A DNA stretch of 34,632 nucleotides from Methanobacteriota archaeon (GTDB lineage Archaea > Thermoplasmatota > Poseidoniia > Poseidoniales > Poseidoniaceae). The DNA is taken from assembly GCA_018623995.1 (NCBI GenBank), contig JAAZUV010000002.1, positions 1 to 34,632 on the forward strand, in the 5' to 3' direction. The translations under genes and the position numbers were made by a program. How positions within the stretch are numbered: position 1 is the first letter of the stretch; each line of letters opens with the position of its first letter. Positions 9,766 to 18,528 of this stretch are shown here, piece after piece. The notes below the pieces were generated by a model, which ran no database searches, was not told the DNA's origin, and was given only the letters and a program-made list of their open reading frames with translations.

Positions 9766-10764
9766 TCAGTCGTCTCGATCCTTGCCTTGATAGCGTCGAG
9801 GACGAATGGGTTGAGGTCCTCGGTTGTGTGCATGGCCTGGCCGTTTTCCTCGAGCTTTTCGATAACGCTCATTTGGACGCTCATCGTTGTGATCACGGCT
9901 TGGACGACCTCGTCCAGAGTCACGTCGATCATCACGACCGTCTCTGTTCCCGCCGAATCCACGGCCTCCGTCGCGCCTTCCGCCACGTCGATCTGAATCC
10001 CTTCCACGACCTCCGTCGCGGCTTCCACCACGTCGGTCTGAATCTCTTCCACGACCTCCACCGAATCCACGGCCTCCGTCACGGCTTCCACCGCGTCGGT
10101 CTGAATCTCTACCACCTCGTTGACCACGGTCTGAAAAGCCTCCACGAGACCGTCCATGGCCGCCGCCAGGCTTTGGCTTTCCACAACTGTTGCATTCCGT
10201 TCGGAATGAGAAGTTAATGTTGCCACATGAGGGGCATTCCCAATCGTTGCGTCCATGACGTTCCTGTTGAGGTCGGTCTCGACGATTGTTTGAGCGGTTA
10301 TTGTCTCTGAAGGAGGATTTGTAGGCTTTGACATTCCCTTCTTTGGCTTTGCCACAACTGTTGCATTCCGTTCTCCAGGAGAAATTGACATTGTTGCAAG
10401 CAGCACAAACCCAGTCGTCTTTTTGTTCGTCATTCCTTCGACGATTGTCTCGACGATCAAAAGAGCGGTCGTCACGACGTTGAGGTCGATCGCTGCGTTG
10501 CTCTCGACGAGGACGTTCTTCACGTTCTTTCTTTGCTCGAATGGTTACAATAGCACCGATGAATGCATCGTTGTCTTGCTTCCGATCAAGATGCGCGACA
10601 TGTGCAAGAGGGGCTTCGGTCGAGCCAAGAACTGCGTCGACCTTACCAATGTAGTGCCCATCTTCCTCTCGGACGATGATGGAGCCAAGAGCTGGTGAAG
10701 AGCCACTAAAGGTGAGAAGTAAACCACCCTCGTGGCTTGTACGGTCTACAGTACCTCGAAACAT
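9766..10764 (-). CDS. Gar1/Naf1-like domain fused to two RanBP2-type zinc fingers and an RGG-rich repeat tail
   Basis: The N-terminal ~80 aa has the archaeal Gar1 pattern (IGKVDAVLGSTEAPLAHV versus VGxVxDVFGPVxxPYVxI). Two W-x-C-x2-C-x3-N-x6-C-x2-C fingers (WVCAACNNVNFSWRTECNSC, WECPSCGNINFSFRTECNSC). R/G/D-rich tail. Likely start ATG 10764. Confidence 0.8.
   Translation of the reverse strand: MFRGTVDRTSHEGGLLLTFSGSSPALGSIIVREEDGHYIGKVDAVLGSTEAPLAHVAHLDRKQDNDAFIGAIVTIRAKKEREERPRREQRSDRPQRRDDRSFDRRDNRRRNDEQKDDWVCAACNNVNFSWRTECNSCGKAKEGNVKAYKSSFRDNNRSNNRRDRPQQERHGRNDWECPSCGNINFSFRTECNSCGKPKPGGGHGRSRGGFSDRGQRGGRDSDRRGGSRDGGRGFGGGRGRDSDRRGGSRDGGRGRDSDRRGGRRDGGRGFGGNRDGRDDRRDSGRGRPSRDHNDERPNERYRKARGKRPGHAHNRGPQPIRPRRYQGKDRDD
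9959..10107 (-). repeat. Three imperfect ~41-bp coding repeats encoding DSDRRGG(S/R)RDGGRG
   Basis: Copies at about 9959-9999, 10004-10044 and 10067-10107 (ccacg.cctccgtc.cg..ttcc.cc.cgtcg.tctgaatc). Confidence 0.85.
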
Positions 10765-10809
10765 GTCCCTCAACCCTACGTGCCTTGCAACTGCGTTTGA
10801 GTCTGTTGG

Positions 10810-12726
10810 TCAATCTCGGCGTGATGAAACCCATCCTGCTGCAACCAATCCAATCATCAGCGTAGCAAGGAGTCCTGGAGCAGGAAGGATGTTCCCGCCC
10901 TCATCTTCGCTGTTGGTTGTGGTTGAATCGCCACCTGAATCTGTGCCTCCAGCGTTCGGATCAATCACATCGATGCTCAAAGTGGTCGATGCACCAGACT
11001 CATCGGTTGCAACAATAACCACATTGTATGGTGATTCGACGTTGTTCTGGATGCAGTTGGCAATGGAGACTTGAATTTCCCATGCGAGATTGTCTCGATT
11101 GAAATTCGATGTTTGGCCGTTGCAGATGCTCAAGACCATGCTCACATCTTGACCATCAGGATCGATGACGTTTCCATTGAGCGTAAATTTCAGTCCATCG
11201 AGTTCCCACTCAGCCTCTTGACCCTGAAGATTGGTATCAATTGTAATCGTTGGAGGTGTGTTTGCCTTTTCAATGCCCAGATCAAGCATGAAGTTGTAAT
11301 CCAACATCCCATTGGCGGTGGCTGAACCCATGATCATGACTTCGCCAGGTGCAAGGCCAGACATCGACAACGAGAGAACCGTGAAGGCCCCTTGAGCCAC
11401 CGCAGTCGTTTCCGAGCCCATAGCGGACATTTGATGTGCGTGAGCTGTTACAGTTAGGCTTTGAACAAGGTCGGTTGGTGCAACAGTGAATTCGATTTGG
11501 TCACCGTCACTTGACACTGCTGCAGAGGCGTCCATGACCTTGCCGAAGGTGTAGTTGCGGTGTTCAACGGTTTCTGCGCCAAATGCATCGACGCCAGCAC
11601 ACTGTCCTACGGCTGAATCACCGTTTGCAGTAACGTACAACGCAGCGTTTTCATCCATGCGAACATCCCAGCCAGCATCGACGAAATTACATTGCAAACT
11701 CCATCCGCTCTCGTCGGTCACCCACGTACCTGCATCTTCGCTTGCAAGCATCTCTCCGTTGGTTGTTCCAACTGGGATGATGGTCCCTTCAGCGGGTGCA
11801 AGTGCGGTCCAAACAGGGTCCTCGTTGGTGAACGGTGCCATGGTCGTAAAGTCAACAAACAGATTACGGACCATTGGATAGGAACCGAGCGGGTAATCGA
11901 CATCAGCGACGATGCGCAATCGTCCGTCAGGCAGGAATTCGCTCTCTGGTACTGCAAGTGCTTCGTTGAGAACTCCGTCGTCATAGAAGCCCATTTCAGC
12001 AACACGTAGTCCTTGTTCGACCGGGAAGGTCATGATCAAGCGTGCATCGGTGATGTTGGTGATGTTCATGGCGAGTGTAAAGTTCGAACTACCTTGGTTC
12101 GGAAGCTGGTCAAAACGCACATTGTTGTTCTCATTTTCAGCAATAAGCAGATGAATTTCCAGATCGTCCGTCACTGTGACCGGGACCTCCTTGCATCCTG
12201 CATCTGAAAGTGGGCTACTGCATGATCGCTCTTGCTCGTGACCGGTTGGAACGAGGTTGACTTCATCGAGTGCAATTCCGTCCTCCACGAATTCAAGATC
12301 GTTCCAGTCCACGTTTCCTCGATGTGCAAGCCCTTCACGAATACCGAGTCGGGTTTCCATGTCGGCGATACACTTTGGTCCGATGGAGCGAACAGCTTCT
12401 CGCTCGTCGGTTGAAATCCAGTCATCGTCACCACCAGGGACGCCCTCAAACAGACCATCCAAATTGTCTCGGACAACAGCGGATTTGCTGCCGTTCACCC
12501 ATGCTCTCGCATCCATGACCCCAGTAGCCCAATCGTCGTTCACATCGAGCGTGAAGAGAGCGAAATCGTATTCGAAGAGGTCTTCGAACGTGTAGCCACT
12601 GCAATCAACATCGAGGCTACCTTGACGTCCAGATGTTGTCTGAACAGGTTCGCTTTCATCCAAAGTGGACATTTCAATCGACGGACTCACGAGGGCTAGA
12701 AGCATCATGATGAGGACGGGTATCAT
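10810..12726 (-). CDS. Secreted acidic surface protein with PGF-CTERM-like C-terminal anchor
   Basis: Signal peptide, D/E-rich body with an Ig-like C-terminal domain (NTPPTITI...DPDG), S/T/G linker, then LPAPG + hydrophobic helix + SRRD. Confidence 0.8.
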   Translation of the reverse strand: MIPVLIMMLLALVSPSIEMSTLDESEPVQTTSGRQGSLDVDCSGYTFEDLFEYDFALFTLDVNDDWATGVMDARAWVNGSKSAVVRDNLDGLFEGVPGGDDDWISTDEREAVRSIGPKCIADMETRLGIREGLAHRGNVDWNDLEFVEDGIALDEVNLVPTGHEQERSCSSPLSDAGCKEVPVTVTDDLEIHLLIAENENNNVRFDQLPNQGSSNFTLAMNITNITDARLIMTFPVEQGLRVAEMGFYDDGVLNEALAVPESEFLPDGRLRIVADVDYPLGSYPMVRNLFVDFTTMAPFTNEDPVWTALAPAEGTIIPVGTTNGEMLASEDAGTWVTDESGWSLQCNFVDAGWDVRMDENAALYVTANGDSAVGQCAGVDAFGAETVEHRNYTFGKVMDASAAVSSDGDQIEFTVAPTDLVQSLTVTAHAHQMSAMGSETTAVAQGAFTVLSLSMSGLAPGEVMIMGSATANGMLDYNFMLDLGIEKANTPPTITIDTNLQGQEAEWELDGLKFTLNGNVIDPDGQDVSMVLSICNGQTSNFNRDNLAWEIQVSIANCIQNNVESPYNVVIVATDESGASTTLSIDVIDPNAGGTDSGGDSTTTNSEDEGGNILPAPGLLATLMIGLVAAGWVSSRRD

Positions 12727-12772
12727 GTTTGGACGAGACCAACAACGTTCATCAATGCTTGGTTAAGAACAG

Positions 12773-13603
12773 TCAAGGAACAAGCCGATTCAGTCGACGC
12801 TGGAACAGGTAGACCGGTACAATTGTCCATAGGATGGCAGCAAAGTAAGCGCCAAGTGCTGAAACACCTCGATCAACCCCGTCCAATCGGGTCTCCAAAA
12901 GGTGATGATAGACTCCGTTCGGAGAAAGCAAATCCAAGCGCCCCTCAAACACGAGGTATCCTTGATCTTGAGTGTCGCCAACTGCAACGCCGTTCAATGC
13001 AGCGAGAAGTGTCGTGAACAGGACCCAGAGCAATGTGAACAAGAACCACAGGCCGATTGAAAATGCAATGGCAGAGCCTTGTTCCTTGGCAATACTTGAT
13101 GCGAGCAGGGCGAAGACAGTGTACCACAGAAGAATTAACATCGCTGCAACGATGTAGATCAGGGCATCACCAAACGGCATCCACATACCGCTTCGATATC
13201 CTACAAGCATCATGGATGCAGCCAAAAGAACTGCCACAGGAAGCGCAATGCTGCTCCAATGGCCAAACATGAGGACAACACCTTGTCTCCATCGTGGCAT
13301 TGGTTGGGAAAGGCGGACTTCGAGAACACCGCTCACACGATCTCGGCTTATTCCATCGTGAGCGATGAGGACGGCAGCCATCGTCCCAGCAAAGACGATA
13401 CCAATGCTTGCAAGGAACATGACTTCCGTTCCGTTCTTTGGAAGCTGTTCTGCTGGAAGCTGAATGTTTGGGTCTGCGAAACCCCAAGCCATTCCTGGAA
13501 TGAACAACAAAAGAATCGGCAGCATGATCAACATCCGTGTCGACAACATTCGTTGCTTACTGAGAGCAAACGCAAGCCGCCACATTCGTTTGGATGGTGT
13601 CAT
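12773..13603 (-). CDS. ABC-2-type exporter permease
   Basis: About six TM helices and the 'DGISRDRVSGVLEVRLSQPMPR' ABC-2 motif. ATGA overlap with the upstream ATPase. Confidence 0.88.
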   Translation of the reverse strand: MTPSKRMWRLAFALSKQRMLSTRMLIMLPILLLFIPGMAWGFADPNIQLPAEQLPKNGTEVMFLASIGIVFAGTMAAVLIAHDGISRDRVSGVLEVRLSQPMPRWRQGVVLMFGHWSSIALPVAVLLAASMMLVGYRSGMWMPFGDALIYIVAAMLILLWYTVFALLASSIAKEQGSAIAFSIGLWFLFTLLWVLFTTLLAALNGVAVGDTQDQGYLVFEGRLDLLSPNGVYHHLLETRLDGVDRGVSALGAYFAAILWTIVPVYLFQRRLNRLVP

Positions 13604-14610
13604 TCTTCCTCACCACCCACTGTTCGGAACGGTATCATGCTGCTTTGTTCAACATCCATTCCGATGGTTTCCCGATCCATCCCTGTTGCTGCGCAAAGCA
13701 GTTCGATGAGCGTTGGAGGTACAACTCTCCAGGTTGAAATTGTATGATTGTTCTTCACGAGTGTCTCGAGAAGGTCATGATGGCCCGATTCGATGACATA
13801 GCGATGTTGTCTTTCGGATTCGATGTGTTCGAGAACGTTCATTGCGTCGAGAAGTTCTTGCTCGATTTGCCGATCGAGAACGATTTCAGTCATTTGTTCA
13901 AAGCCAAGATTGGCTCGAAGTGAATCGGTTGTGCCATGAGCGAGCAGTTGGCCACGGTGAAGCAATGCAATGGTGTCAACGAGGTGATCAAGTTCTGCGA
14001 GATGATGGCTTGAAACGATGATCGAGATGCCTTTGTTTGCTAACGAGCGAAGCAAACGTTTGAACGCATCAATTGCAACTGGATCCATGCCATTGAATGG
14101 TTCATCGAGGACGAGAACACGTGGCGTTCCAAGCAAAGCAACGCCCAATGAAAGCCGTTGCCTCATACCTTGACTCAATGAATCAAGGGTAGAATCCATT
14201 CGATTTTTGAGTCCCACAACGGCAAGAACATCGAGTGCAGATTGAACCGAGCAGCCACGCAAGTGTGCAAATTCAGTCATCGTTCGACGAATGGTTCCTT
14301 GACTCGACCATCGGACTTGTTCAGGCATGAATCCGACCAAGGAACGTAAAGCATCGCTGTCCATTACGCTATCATGGCGTTTCACCGTTCCTTCTTCGAG
14401 CGGGAGGATGCCGCTGATCATCCGCAAGAGTGTGGTTTTTCCAGCACCGTTTGTTCCTACTAAGCCAATGATGCTTCCTTCCGGAATGGAAAGATCGACG
14501 TGGGTGATTCCCGCTCCTTTTCGTTTTTTGAACGGATTGTACCATGCAGGATTTGGAATTTGGTGGCGATATCCGATGGAGTCAAACTGCATCGCATCGT
14601 CATCCCCCAT
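13600..14610 (-). CDS. ABC transporter ATP-binding protein (multidrug/CcmA-like exporter)
   Basis: Walker A GTNGAGKTT, signature LSQGMRQR, Walker B VLVLDEP, H-loop SSHH. Confidence 0.95.
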   Translation of the reverse strand: MGDDDAMQFDSIGYRHQIPNPAWYNPFKKRKGAGITHVDLSIPEGSIIGLVGTNGAGKTTLLRMISGILPLEEGTVKRHDSVMDSDALRSLVGFMPEQVRWSSQGTIRRTMTEFAHLRGCSVQSALDVLAVVGLKNRMDSTLDSLSQGMRQRLSLGVALLGTPRVLVLDEPFNGMDPVAIDAFKRLLRSLANKGISIIVSSHHLAELDHLVDTIALLHRGQLLAHGTTDSLRANLGFEQMTEIVLDRQIEQELLDAMNVLEHIESERQHRYVIESGHHDLLETLVKNNHTISTWRVVPPTLIELLCAATGMDRETIGMDVEQSSMIPFRTVGGEEE

Positions 14611-14700
14611 GCTACGGCTTAGAAGGCATATGTCTCAAATGCTTTGTTTTTGGTAACCATATCCCAAACGCATATGACCGATTCATCCTGTTCGTTGAGC

Positions 14701-15585
14701 ATGGGGATGGCCATTGATACGATTGGCTTCCTCCTTGTTCTCGTTTCGATTCCGCTCGCTTTTGGTATTCTAAGACTTGTTACCAAGAACGAATCAATCG
14801 AATTCGTATCGTTCATTGGTCAACGTTCAACATTGTACGCATTCGCAGGACTGGTTCTCTTGCTCGTCATCCCTTACGGTGCGTTCGTTGTTCTGCCAAT
14901 CATCGTTGCTCTCTCATTTGCAAGTCCAGCAGGGCGTCTGGATTGGGCTGAGTTTCGTAATCGGCGTATCCTGGCTGGATTGCTGGTATTGTTGATGCTC
15001 GGAGCTTCTGGATTCATGCCCACTGACGCTCCACGCGCGCCGGAAGAATGGGGTGAACCGTTTGCAACGGAGAACCCCTACGCACCGGCTTGGCCCAGCA
15101 GTCAGCAGTATACTTGGGTATTTGTTGAACCAATGGATCCAACCAATTTTGAAGTTGTTCAGAGTCTTGTTCTTCGAACTCCCCATCAACACAATCCCTT
15201 CCTGCAAGTCGAATCATCGATTTGGATTTCATCGTTGCTTGGCTTGCAGGAGTCGAGAATGCGTCAAGCGATTGACTTGGTTGATGAACGAGTCCCAATC
15301 CGAATCGATAGCGAAGCCTTCCGACTTGATCAGAAAGGCGATGCACAATCGCACACGTTCCGACCAAGCTCTGGTGATGTTGAACTCAACGTTTGGGTCT
15401 ATGACTGCTATACAACCTCTGGAACGGATCCTGAAGGGACGAACGTTGGCGAAGTTGTCGTTGTTGGACAATCCAACTGGGGAGGAACGGTTGAGTTGTT
15501 GGTCATCGTCCGGCCATTTTTCCATGATGGTCTCACCACTGATCCATATGCAGAATCTCTTGTCAACGCATGGATTGATGTATAG
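14701..15585 (+). CDS. Hypothetical membrane protein (N-terminal TM bundle plus soluble C-terminal domain)
   Basis: Long ORF with 3-4 hydrophobic helices. Start uncertain (ATG 14701 or 14707). No family recognised. Confidence 0.7.
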   Translation: MGMAIDTIGFLLVLVSIPLAFGILRLVTKNESIEFVSFIGQRSTLYAFAGLVLLLVIPYGAFVVLPIIVALSFASPAGRLDWAEFRNRRILAGLLVLLMLGASGFMPTDAPRAPEEWGEPFATENPYAPAWPSSQQYTWVFVEPMDPTNFEVVQSLVLRTPHQHNPFLQVESSIWISSLLGLQESRMRQAIDLVDERVPIRIDSEAFRLDQKGDAQSHTFRPSSGDVELNVWVYDCYTTSGTDPEGTNVGEVVVVGQSNWGGTVELLVIVRPFFHDGLTTDPYAESLVNAWIDV

Positions 15586-15603
15586 TTTTAGGGTGGCCTA
15601 AAA
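15586..15603. promoter_or_regulatory. Palindromic operator 1, DtxR/MntR/SirR-type box
   Basis: Perfect TTTTAGG-GTGG-CCTAAAA. The inverted symmetry extends to 15581-15608 and abuts or overlaps the TATA box. Confidence 0.75.
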
Positions 15604-15610
15604 TTATATA
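15604..15610 (+). promoter_or_regulatory. TATA box of the transferrin-like ABC operon
   Basis: TTATATA about 40 nt upstream of ATG 15647, between the two palindromes. Confidence 0.6.
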
Positions 15611-15618
15611 CTACATAG

Positions 15619-15636
15619 TTTTAGGGCAACCGAAAA
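15619..15636. promoter_or_regulatory. Palindromic operator 2, DtxR/MntR/SirR-type box
   Basis: TTTTAGG-GCAA-CCGAAAA (one mismatch), 33 bp downstream of operator 1. ATAGTTTTAGGG is directly repeated at 15582 and 15615. Confidence 0.7.
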
Positions 15637-15646
15637 CGGAGAGATA

Positions 15647-17758
15647 ATGATGCTACACGCAACGAAAAAACCGATACTGCTAGCCCTATTGATTGTTCTT
15701 GGATCCATTGCCGGATGCATTGGGAACGATGAAGAAAAAACTGAACTGGAGACCTTGACCGTCGCATTTGAAGTCAAAGATGATTACACGAATGTCGATG
15801 AGAACCCTCAGAAGTTCGCCGACTACCTTGCGAATGAACTCAACATGAATGTTGAACTCTACCCAATCGATTCAGAGGGCGCGATTCTCGAAGCTCTTCG
15901 GTTTGGAAATGCTGACATCGCTTTCATGGATGGTGCAGCCGCATGGGTAGGTTGGCAACAATACGGTCTCGATGCATTAGCAGCAGACCAAAAGTCCGAC
16001 GGACGCACATATTACAACGCACATGCGGTCGTTTTGAAGGATTCAGAAATGGCTATTGCTCACCTTGATGGTGATGATTCAACAGACCCGTTTGCTCTCC
16101 TTGCTGGAAAGACGTCGTGTCACACTGGGTGGCTAAAGTCAGCAGGCATGCTTCTACCAATGGGCTTCCTCATTGGTAACGGATACGCGAATGTTATCGG
16201 CGATCCAAACGACATCGAATCGTTGCGAAGCACAGTCTTGAATTTCTTCAGCGAAGACTCGAGCATCCCTGATTCGGGAACTCCCTATTACTCGTACTCA
16301 GGGGCCGTAAAGTGTCTGACTGAGGGTGCAGGAGATGTCGCGTTCGCCAAGGATTCGACCATTTCATCCTACTGTGGCAACACTGATGCTGCAGAAAACG
16401 AAGAATGGTGTCTCCCTGAAGATGATTACGTGCTCCTACCATCCTACGGTGCTGCTCCATCTCACCCTGTGATGTACAACCCTGAACTGCTCGATGCTGA
16501 GCTCATTACATCCATTCAGGATGCGCTTGTTGGAATGAAGGATTCTGAGGAAGGGCAATCTGTGTTGACCAATGTGTTGAACACGCCATCGATTGTAAAG
16601 ACAACAGCTCAGGAGCACCTTTCTTCCTACGGGAACCTTGTCAAAGATTTGCCAGGTATTCAATCCTATTTCGGTGATAAATTCGGCATTTCAGACACCG
16701 TTAGCCCAACAGTTTCAAACATTCGAATTGCCTTTGAAATCAAAGAGGATTACACGGATGTTGATTTGAACCCACAACTATTGGCTGATTACATCGCTGA
16801 AGAAACAGGCGTGGAGGTCACACTCTATCCAGTTTCATCCGAAGGAGCCATCATCGAAGCACTACGGTTTGGCCATGCTGACATCGCCTTCATGGATGGA
16901 GGATCTGCTTGGATGGGCTGGAAAGAGTACGGTCTTGCAGCAATGGCTGCCGACATGAAGTCCGATGGCCGAACCTACTACGATGCACATGCAGTCGTTC
17001 TCAATGGTTCAGACATGGCCAATGCATACCTCGATGGCGACGATTCGACAGATCCGTTCGCACTTCTCGAAGGTAAGACCTCCTGCCATACAGGATGGTT
17101 GAAGTCTGCCGGAATGCTCTTGCCGATGGGTTACCTGATTTCTGAAGGATACGCTCCTGTTGTGGGGTCAGAGGATGACATTGAATCATTGCGTTCAACC
17201 ATCTATTCCTACTTCAATGAGGATGCGAGCATTCCTGATTCAGGAACGCCATATGCATCGTACTCTGGTGCAGTCCGCTGCTTGTCCGAGGGAGTCGGTG
17301 ATGTGGCCTTTGTCAAGGATTCAACCATCGCAAGTTACTGTGGTAACGAAGATGCCGCAGAGAATGAGGATTGGTGTCTGGATGAGGACGAATACATTCT
17401 TCTTCCTTCCTACGGGTCTGCACCATCACATCCTGTCATGTACAATCCTGACCGTGTAGATATACAAACAAGAACTGCGATTTTGAATGCTCTGCTCTCA
17501 ATGAACGATGAGATGTACGTCGAAAACTATCAGATGGGTGGTCAGACGTACACGGGATGTTACAACATGAACTCGCACGCTGTCGATTCTGACCAACCAA
17601 AGAATGAGTGTGGAGATCAAATCCTCTCAAACATTCTGAACACGCCTGGTATTGTTGAAGTGAACACGCAAGAGCACATGGGAATCTATGGAGATCTCAT
17701 CGGCTCGATTCCTGGAATCACCACGTATTTTGATACAAAGTATGAGATTCAGGAATAG
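15647..17758 (+). CDS. Bilobed transferrin-like / PhnD-fold ABC substrate-binding lipoprotein (predicted Fe3+ binding)
   Basis: Lipobox IAGC. Two tandem lobes offset by 322 aa. Each has AFMDG, TYYxAHAVV, GKTSCHTGWLKSAG, YxSYSGAVxCLxEGxGDVAFxK and PSH, matching transferrin motifs. The N-terminus of each lobe is PhnD-like (EALRFGxADIAF). Confidence 0.85.
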   Translation: MMLHATKKPILLALLIVLGSIAGCIGNDEEKTELETLTVAFEVKDDYTNVDENPQKFADYLANELNMNVELYPIDSEGAILEALRFGNADIAFMDGAAAWVGWQQYGLDALAADQKSDGRTYYNAHAVVLKDSEMAIAHLDGDDSTDPFALLAGKTSCHTGWLKSAGMLLPMGFLIGNGYANVIGDPNDIESLRSTVLNFFSEDSSIPDSGTPYYSYSGAVKCLTEGAGDVAFAKDSTISSYCGNTDAAENEEWCLPEDDYVLLPSYGAAPSHPVMYNPELLDAELITSIQDALVGMKDSEEGQSVLTNVLNTPSIVKTTAQEHLSSYGNLVKDLPGIQSYFGDKFGISDTVSPTVSNIRIAFEIKEDYTDVDLNPQLLADYIAEETGVEVTLYPVSSEGAIIEALRFGHADIAFMDGGSAWMGWKEYGLAAMAADMKSDGRTYYDAHAVVLNGSDMANAYLDGDDSTDPFALLEGKTSCHTGWLKSAGMLLPMGYLISEGYAPVVGSEDDIESLRSTIYSYFNEDASIPDSGTPYASYSGAVRCLSEGVGDVAFVKDSTIASYCGNEDAAENEDWCLDEDEYILLPSYGSAPSHPVMYNPDRVDIQTRTAILNALLSMNDEMYVENYQMGGQTYTGCYNMNSHAVDSDQPKNECGDQILSNILNTPGIVEVNTQEHMGIYGDLIGSIPGITTYFDTKYEIQE

Positions 17759-17814
17759 TGCTGCTTCCACTGAATTGAAAAATGGAACCACTTCGGATAA
17801 ACTGGGGTGGCTAC

Positions 17815-18528
17815 ATGGAACAGGATACGCCGCTCCTCGTTTTGGAAAACTTGAGTATTGGCTACAACGCTGTACTCGCCTCCGGAATCAGTGCCAGTAT
17901 CCATGCAGGAGAAGTTATTGCAGTCCTTGGTCCTTCAGGCATTGGTAAGACGACTCTTGTACGAACAATTGCTGGTTTGGTGGAACCGATCGACGGTAGA
18001 GTCGAATTGCTTGTTGACAAACGGGGAGGCTTGGGGTACATCCCACAAAAGCTCGGTTTGGTGCGACACGCAAGTGTGTATCATAATGTCAACCTAGGAG
18101 CACGAGCGAGCCTCCCCGTGCTCAAAGGGGGATCGGACGAGAGGAAAAAGAGGGTCAACTCAGCACTTTCTGCACTTGGTATTGAAGAAAAGACAACTGA
18201 GCCAGTACGTCGCCTCTCGGGGGGTCAACTCCGGAGAGTCGCAACGGCTCGTGCCCTTGCACAGCGACCAAGTTTACTTCTAGCAGATGAGTTTCTGAGC
18301 GAGTTAGATCACAATACAGTTGATGTCGTCATCGCAGCAGTGAAAGAGTTGCTCGATGCTGGCACTTCGATCATTATGGTTGAGCACCATGAAGAAAACG
18401 TGACTTTACTCGCAACTCGAGTTTGGATAATTGAAGGCGAGAAACTCTACGATTTCTCGATTGATGAGTGGAAATCAAACAATTCTCCTGTCCAGGTTGG
18501 TCTCTCCCCAGGAGGTGAGGAAGAATGA
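17815..18528 (+). CDS. ABC ATP-binding protein, PhnC-like
   Basis: GPSGIGKTT, GYIPQ, LSGGQLRRVATARALAQ, LLADE. Start is ATG 17815 or 17782. Confidence 0.9.
   Translation: MEQDTPLLVLENLSIGYNAVLASGISASIHAGEVIAVLGPSGIGKTTLVRTIAGLVEPIDGRVELLVDKRGGLGYIPQKLGLVRHASVYHNVNLGARASLPVLKGGSDERKKRVNSALSALGIEEKTTEPVRRLSGGQLRRVATARALAQRPSLLLADEFLSELDHNTVDVVIAAVKELLDAGTSIIMVEHHEENVTLLATRVWIIEGEKLYDFSIDEWKSNNSPVQVGLSPGGEEE

Noticed and set aside
9959..10107. Possible CRISPR-like repeats
   Set aside because: The copies are imperfect, in-frame and nearly adjacent, with no unique spacers of uniform length and no cas genes.
9720..10523. 267-aa alternative-frame ORF with V/E/A/T repeats
   Set aside because: Same-strand shadow frame of the RGG/zinc-finger gene. 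Its repeats simply mirror the DNA repeats.
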